From an uncultured virus (IMG/VR IMGVR_UViG_3300050821_007680) (Duplodnaviria; Heunggongvirae; Uroviricota; Caudoviricetes): 20,000 bases of DNA. Positions 17,042-20,000 of this stretch are shown one piece after another. Location of the stretch: IMG/VR virus record IMGVR_UViG_3300050821_007680. One strand, written 5' to 3'. Numbering within the stretch: the stretch's first letter is position 1; each line of letters begins with the position of its first letter. The notes under the pieces were generated by a model. It saw only the letters and a list, made by a program, of their open reading frames with translations. It did no database searches and had not been told where the DNA came from. The position numbers and the translations under genes are program-made.

Positions 17042-17415
17042 TCCGCGATGCCAAATTGTTCTTATTGACGCACTTGTTCGTATTGTATATTGTGTTGGAT
17101 TTGCAATACGGATATTTATTTGTCAACGTAAGTCATTTGGCGTATAACATTTTGCCGCCTGTTTTTTATTGCTATTTCTTATACATGTGGATAACTACAA
17201 GCCATCTGAAATTAAGTAAGCAGGAAAAAAGCAACATAAAAACATTTATTTGGTTTGCAAGTGTTTTGAACGTCTATAGTTGCCTATGTATTTTAGTAGG
17301 AAATAAAACAAGTGCCGGCAGGGAATGGTTAATGAATCATAATGGCTATTTAATAATTTTCTTTATTTTTATAGTGATTAATATTTTAAACAACCTAAGA
17401 CGTGCAACTATATGA
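17038..17415 (+). CDS. Four-TM membrane protein
   Basis: Four hydrophobic segments in 125 aa. Confidence 0.7.
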   Translation: MIRDAKLFLLTHLFVLYIVLDLQYGYLFVNVSHLAYNILPPVFYCYFLYMWITTSHLKLSKQEKSNIKTFIWFASVLNVYSCLCILVGNKTSAGREWLMNHNGYLIIFFIFIVINILNNLRRATI

Positions 17416-17563
17416 CCTTATCTTTAATATTTTAATTGTTGCATCATGTTTTGTACTGGCCGCTATTAATTTATTTAACTTAGGTAAGGTGAAGCGGCTG
17501 ATAACAGAAAATGAATTATTACGTTTAAAACTTAAAGAATGTGAGCGAACAGGAAAAAAATGA
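17402..17563 (+). CDS. Small TM plus coiled-coil protein, 53 aa (MQLYDLIFNILIVASCFVLAAINLFNLGKVKRLITENELLRLKLKECERTGKK)
   Basis: GTG start, and it bridges the gap between the flanking genes. Confidence 0.5.
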   Translation: MQLYDLIFNILIVASCFVLAAINLFNLGKVKRLITENELLRLKLKECERTGKK

Positions 17564-17894
17564 ATACATGAAAGATGTAAGGTGGAAAACTGCCTTATAC
17601 ACCGCATATATTTTTGCGGCCCTGTTAATCAGTGGGACGGGTGGCGTTTATATATTAAAGGCCGATATAAAAGGTGTCTCAAATGAAGTTTTTATGCTCA
17701 GACGCGATAATAAGGCAGACAATAGAGAGCTTCATCATTACGTAGATAGCTTGCACCATGATGATATTACCCAGTTCCATGATGTTTGGAACGCAATACA
17801 TGGCATCCCCTTTAATAAGGCACAGGTCGACGGGTGTATTGTTGAAAGGATCATCAATGGACGCCGGGTATTTGTCCCTACAGATTGTAAATGA
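17541..17894 (+). CDS. Single-TM protein, lysis-module type
   Basis: One TM helix (TALYTAYIFAALLISGTGGVYIL) followed by a coiled coil. Confidence 0.6.
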   Translation: MSEQEKNEYMKDVRWKTALYTAYIFAALLISGTGGVYILKADIKGVSNEVFMLRRDNKADNRELHHYVDSLHHDDITQFHDVWNAIHGIPFNKAQVDGCIVERIINGRRVFVPTDCK

Positions 17895-18100
17895 ATGAAA
17901 TCTTTGAAAAATACGGTTTCCCCGGTGCTGCTATTATCGGTTTGTCGTGGTTTATTATGTATCTGATGCGGCAACATAAGGAAGAACGTAAGGAATGGAA
18001 AGATAGCAATGATCGAATAACAAGAGAAATGAACGATAATATAAAAGATAATACAAATATCCTCGCAGGCCTAAAAACACTCCTTGAAAATAAAAAATGA
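17891..18100 (+). CDS. Holin-like protein (BhlA/UviB-like architecture)
   Basis: N-terminal YGFPGAAIIGLSWFIMYLM TM helix plus a charged coiled-coil tail, 69 aa. Confidence 0.6.
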   Translation: MNEIFEKYGFPGAAIIGLSWFIMYLMRQHKEERKEWKDSNDRITREMNDNIKDNTNILAGLKTLLENKK

Positions 18101-18459
18101 AAACACTAAAGCAAGTAATAATTGTACCTGTATTTGTAGATGGATATATGCCTGAATTTTCAAAAATGGAAGATTGTAAGATTTATATATCAGAAAAATA
18201 TCAAACTTCAATACACCGATGTTTATGCGGGTGTGGGGTTCAGACTGTTTTACCATTAAATCATAATGGAAGCAATTTCGGGTGGGATTTAATAAAAGAG
18301 AAAGATGGCACAATATCATTTACACCATCAATCCAAAATCCTGTAACCTGTATAAAGGAAACAGTTGATAGTACTGATGAATTTGTCCCTCCATCTTGGA
18401 CTAAAGAATATGCTTCACATCATTATATTATCACTAAAAATGTTGCCAATTTTGTATGA
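18097..18459 (+). CDS. DUF6527-like Zn-binding protein
   Basis: HRCLCGCG...PL...W.L.....ISFTPSI.N...C...HYII motif set. Confidence 0.7.
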   Translation: MKTLKQVIIVPVFVDGYMPEFSKMEDCKIYISEKYQTSIHRCLCGCGVQTVLPLNHNGSNFGWDLIKEKDGTISFTPSIQNPVTCIKETVDSTDEFVPPSWTKEYASHHYIITKNVANFV

Positions 18460-18734
18460 AATTCCTCGTCGAACTATTCTGGCTCATTATAGCAATATTG
18501 GCCGGTTCGACAGCAGGCGAGTTCAACAGGCATACAGAGGGTATTCTCCGCAAACGTATGTTTTGGTTCTTTGCTTCCCTGGCTTGGCTTTATGGTAGCC
18601 CATTTTTGTATTTCTCGGCCATCAAAATTGGATATTTTAAAAACGTTTCAATCGATATGGTAAAGGTTATTTTAACATTGCCGATGTTTGTATCGATGAT
18701 CTTTTTATATAGGGCTATTAAGTGGGGGAAGTAA
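18456..18734 (+). CDS. Three-TM membrane protein
   Basis: Three hydrophobic segments and an ATGA overlap. Confidence 0.6.
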   Translation: MKFLVELFWLIIAILAGSTAGEFNRHTEGILRKRMFWFFASLAWLYGSPFLYFSAIKIGYFKNVSIDMVKVILTLPMFVSMIFLYRAIKWGK

Positions 18735-18782
18735 ATGGAATAAGAAAATCCTTATTCTAATAAAACAGGGAAAAGTAGAATA

Positions 18783-18832
18783 AGAATAATCTCACATCTG
18801 CAATTTTATTCGCATATATGAGATTTTATTCT
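18783..18832. repeat. Imperfect inverted repeat
   Basis: AGAATAA-TCTCACATCTGC-N10-GCATATATGAGA-TT-TTATTCT. The inner arms match at 10 of 12 positions. Confidence 0.5.
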
Positions 18833-18857
18833 CAATAACTTCCTTATCTTTACCCTA

Positions 18858-18948
18858 CGCAAAGTAAGGAATATAGCTCAATAGTATCTTAGTTTTGCGA
18901 GGTTATATAGCAGTCTATAACCGGAAGCCTCAATTTTGGGGCTTTTTT
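18858..18948 (+). ncRNA. Putative structured sRNA or leader (three stem-loops ending in an intrinsic terminator)
   Basis: Stems CGCAAAG-TAAG/CTTA-G-TTTTGCG, GGTTATA/TATAACC and AAGCCTCAA/TTGGGGCTT plus a T-run. It begins 5 nt after a near-consensus -7 box, TATCTTTA (18845-18852). Confidence 0.45.
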
Positions 18949-18979
18949 GTGAACTGTCACGCTTAGGGGTTATATAGAT

Positions 18980-19333
18980 ATGAAGGCACCCACATTTAAG
19001 CAATTCTTACAATATAAGGCAAAAAAAGAATTAGAAGAACTTGCATTTGAAGAACTATTTAAGTATGTTTACGCAGCTGGAAATGGGCAAACAATCAATA
19101 AAATGAGAGCAAAATTTCAAACCACTTCAGTAACAGATTTTGGCTATGGTTCAAAAGAAGTGAAACTATCAGCCGTTTATGCAATGAGTGAGGAAAAAAA
19201 CAAAGAGGACAATCAATTTTCGAAGTATACCCCAAATGGTGAAATTAGAATGATGATTAGCAACCCGAATACCTTAGATTTCATTCAACCAGGAAAAAAG
19301 TACTATGTAGACTTTACCGAAGCGCCGGAATAA
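18980..19333 (+). CDS. Conserved small phage protein (true start may be ATG 19103, MRAKFQ..., 76 aa)
   Basis: RAKF...V.LSAVY...E.NQFSKYTPNGEI.M.ISNP....FI.PGKKYYVDFTEA is a recurring phage hypothetical family signature. Confidence 0.75.
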   Translation: MKAPTFKQFLQYKAKKELEELAFEELFKYVYAAGNGQTINKMRAKFQTTSVTDFGYGSKEVKLSAVYAMSEEKNKEDNQFSKYTPNGEIRMMISNPNTLDFIQPGKKYYVDFTEAPE

Positions 19334-19357
19334 AGAAGCTAAACTCTAACGAGTTGG

Positions 19358-19395
19358 AAGCCTCGGCATATTGGATATGTTTCGAGGCTTTTTTT
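19358..19395 (+). terminator. Rho-independent terminator
   Basis: AAGCCTCG-GCATAT-TGG-ATATGT-TT-CGAGGCTT followed by TTTTT. Confidence 0.8.
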
Positions 19396-19401
19396 ATTCA
19401 T

Positions 19402-19427
19402 AAAAAACCCCTGCATTTCTGCAAGGG
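19402..19427 (-). terminator. Rho-independent terminator for the convergent minus-strand gene
   Basis: The minus strand reads CCCTTGCA-GAAA-TGCAGGGG-TTTTTT. Confidence 0.8.
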
Positions 19428-19456
19428 CTATCAGCTGTAGGTAATTTCCCAACAAC

Positions 19457-20000
19457 CTAACCGCTAATTTTTTCTTCTTCTTTGGCACATCTGATTATGT
19501 CAGCCATAGCGGTTTCATTATCTTCATAAAACCTCGTTGGGGCGACATGGATTGAAGACGATGCTTTATATATTTGTTTGGCAGCAAATTCATGTGATGT
19601 TTGTTTGGCTAATAAATAGCCAGCTTCCCCGGCCAAATGTTCAACCCATCCGGCACGGCAATGGGTAGTTTCGCAAGTATGCCAATCGCCCATTTCAAGC
19701 TTATTACCATTGTCGTTAATTGCATCCAATACTTTTTGATGAATGTTTGGGATAATCGGCACAATAAAAGCGTGTTCTGTAACCGTTGTTGAATTGCCTT
19801 TAATATTTTGTTTAGAGCTGCAAGAGCTGCAAGAGCGGCAATCGATGCAATCGCGGCAACCGATGCAATCGCGGCAATAGCTGCAAGAGCTGCAAGAGCG
19901 GCAATAGCTGCAATCGCTGCAAGAGCGGCAAGAGCGGCAATCGCTGCAATCGATGCAATCGCGGCAACCGATGCAATCGCGGCAAGAGCTGCAATAGCTG
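19457..20000 (-). CDS. Cys-x-x repeat protein with a C-terminal WHTCETTHCRAGW domain (5'-partial)
   Basis: The frame of ORF 19457..19762 stays open to the window end: ...SYCSSCRDCIGCRDCIDCSDCRSCRSCSDCSYCRSCSSCSYCRDCIGCRDCIDCRSCSSCSSKQNIKG... Confidence 0.85.
   Translation of the reverse strand, partial: SYCSSCRDCIGCRDCIDCSDCRSCRSCSDCSYCRSCSSCSYCRDCIGCRDCIDCRSCSSCSSKQNIKGNSTTVTEHAFIVPIIPNIHQKVLDAINDNGNKLEMGDWHTCETTHCRAGWVEHLAGEAGYLLAKQTSHEFAAKQIYKASSSIHVAPTRFYEDNETAMADIIRCAKEEEKISG
19814..20000 (-). repeat. 9-bp tandem repeat, 20 full units and 1 partial unit (TGC-NNC-NNT)
   Basis: Units such as AGAGCTGCA, ATCGCGGCA and ATCGATGCA on the + strand, each encoding Cys-x-x on the minus strand. 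Confidence 0.95.

Larger units (their letters stand above)
1..20000. mobile_element. Segment of a tailed bacteriophage or prophage, probable Bacteroidota host
   Basis: Large virion-type protein, fibre-like and holin-like genes, phage-type methyltransferase and DUF3850, dense small overlapping ORFs and no housekeeping genes. TAnnTTTG promoter boxes are present. No integrase or att site is in the window. Confidence 0.9.

Noticed and set aside
19812..19994. ORF-track 60-aa Leu/Gln/Pro/Arg repeat protein
   Set aside because: This is a shadow frame of the 9-bp repeat. The Cys-x-x frame is continuous with the downstream conserved domain.
19814..20000. Possible CRISPR array or DGR repeat
   Set aside because: The 9-bp units are contiguous with no spacers, there is no cas or reverse transcriptase gene in the window, and it is a coding repeat.
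1..20000. Stop-codon reassignment, as in some Bacteroidota phages
   Set aside because: Coding density is high under the standard code, and TAG and TGA both end genes at sensible overlapping junctions.

Overview
The whole window looks like part of a tailed phage or prophage genome. A Bacteroidota host is likely, based on TTTG-N19-TAnnTTTG promoters and a signal peptide cleaved before Gln. From left to right it contains: (i) the 3' part of a very large internal-virion or polyvalent-type protein; (ii) a translationally coupled, visibly AT-richer cassette of a 53-aa ORF, a GNAT acetyltransferase, a stand-alone C39 peptidase and a divergent PurD-like ATP-grasp ligase, which is the most notable element and resembles a peptide or protein modification toolkit inside a virion module; (iii) three Gly/Thr/Ser-rich structural-type genes; (iv) a 7.3-kb minus-strand block of about 26 small accessory genes (C5-methyltransferase, DUF3850/ASCH, Zn-finger, small membrane and HTH-like proteins) driven by two Bacteroidota-type promoters that share a TGTCAAT motif; (v) an 892-aa fibre-like protein with an apparent Sec signal peptide; (vi) holin-like and membrane genes, a DUF6527-like gene, a structured ~90-nt RNA-like element and a small conserved phage gene; and (vii) a minus-strand Cys-x-x repeat protein that runs off the window. 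All family assignments come from motif recognition by eye, with no database search.
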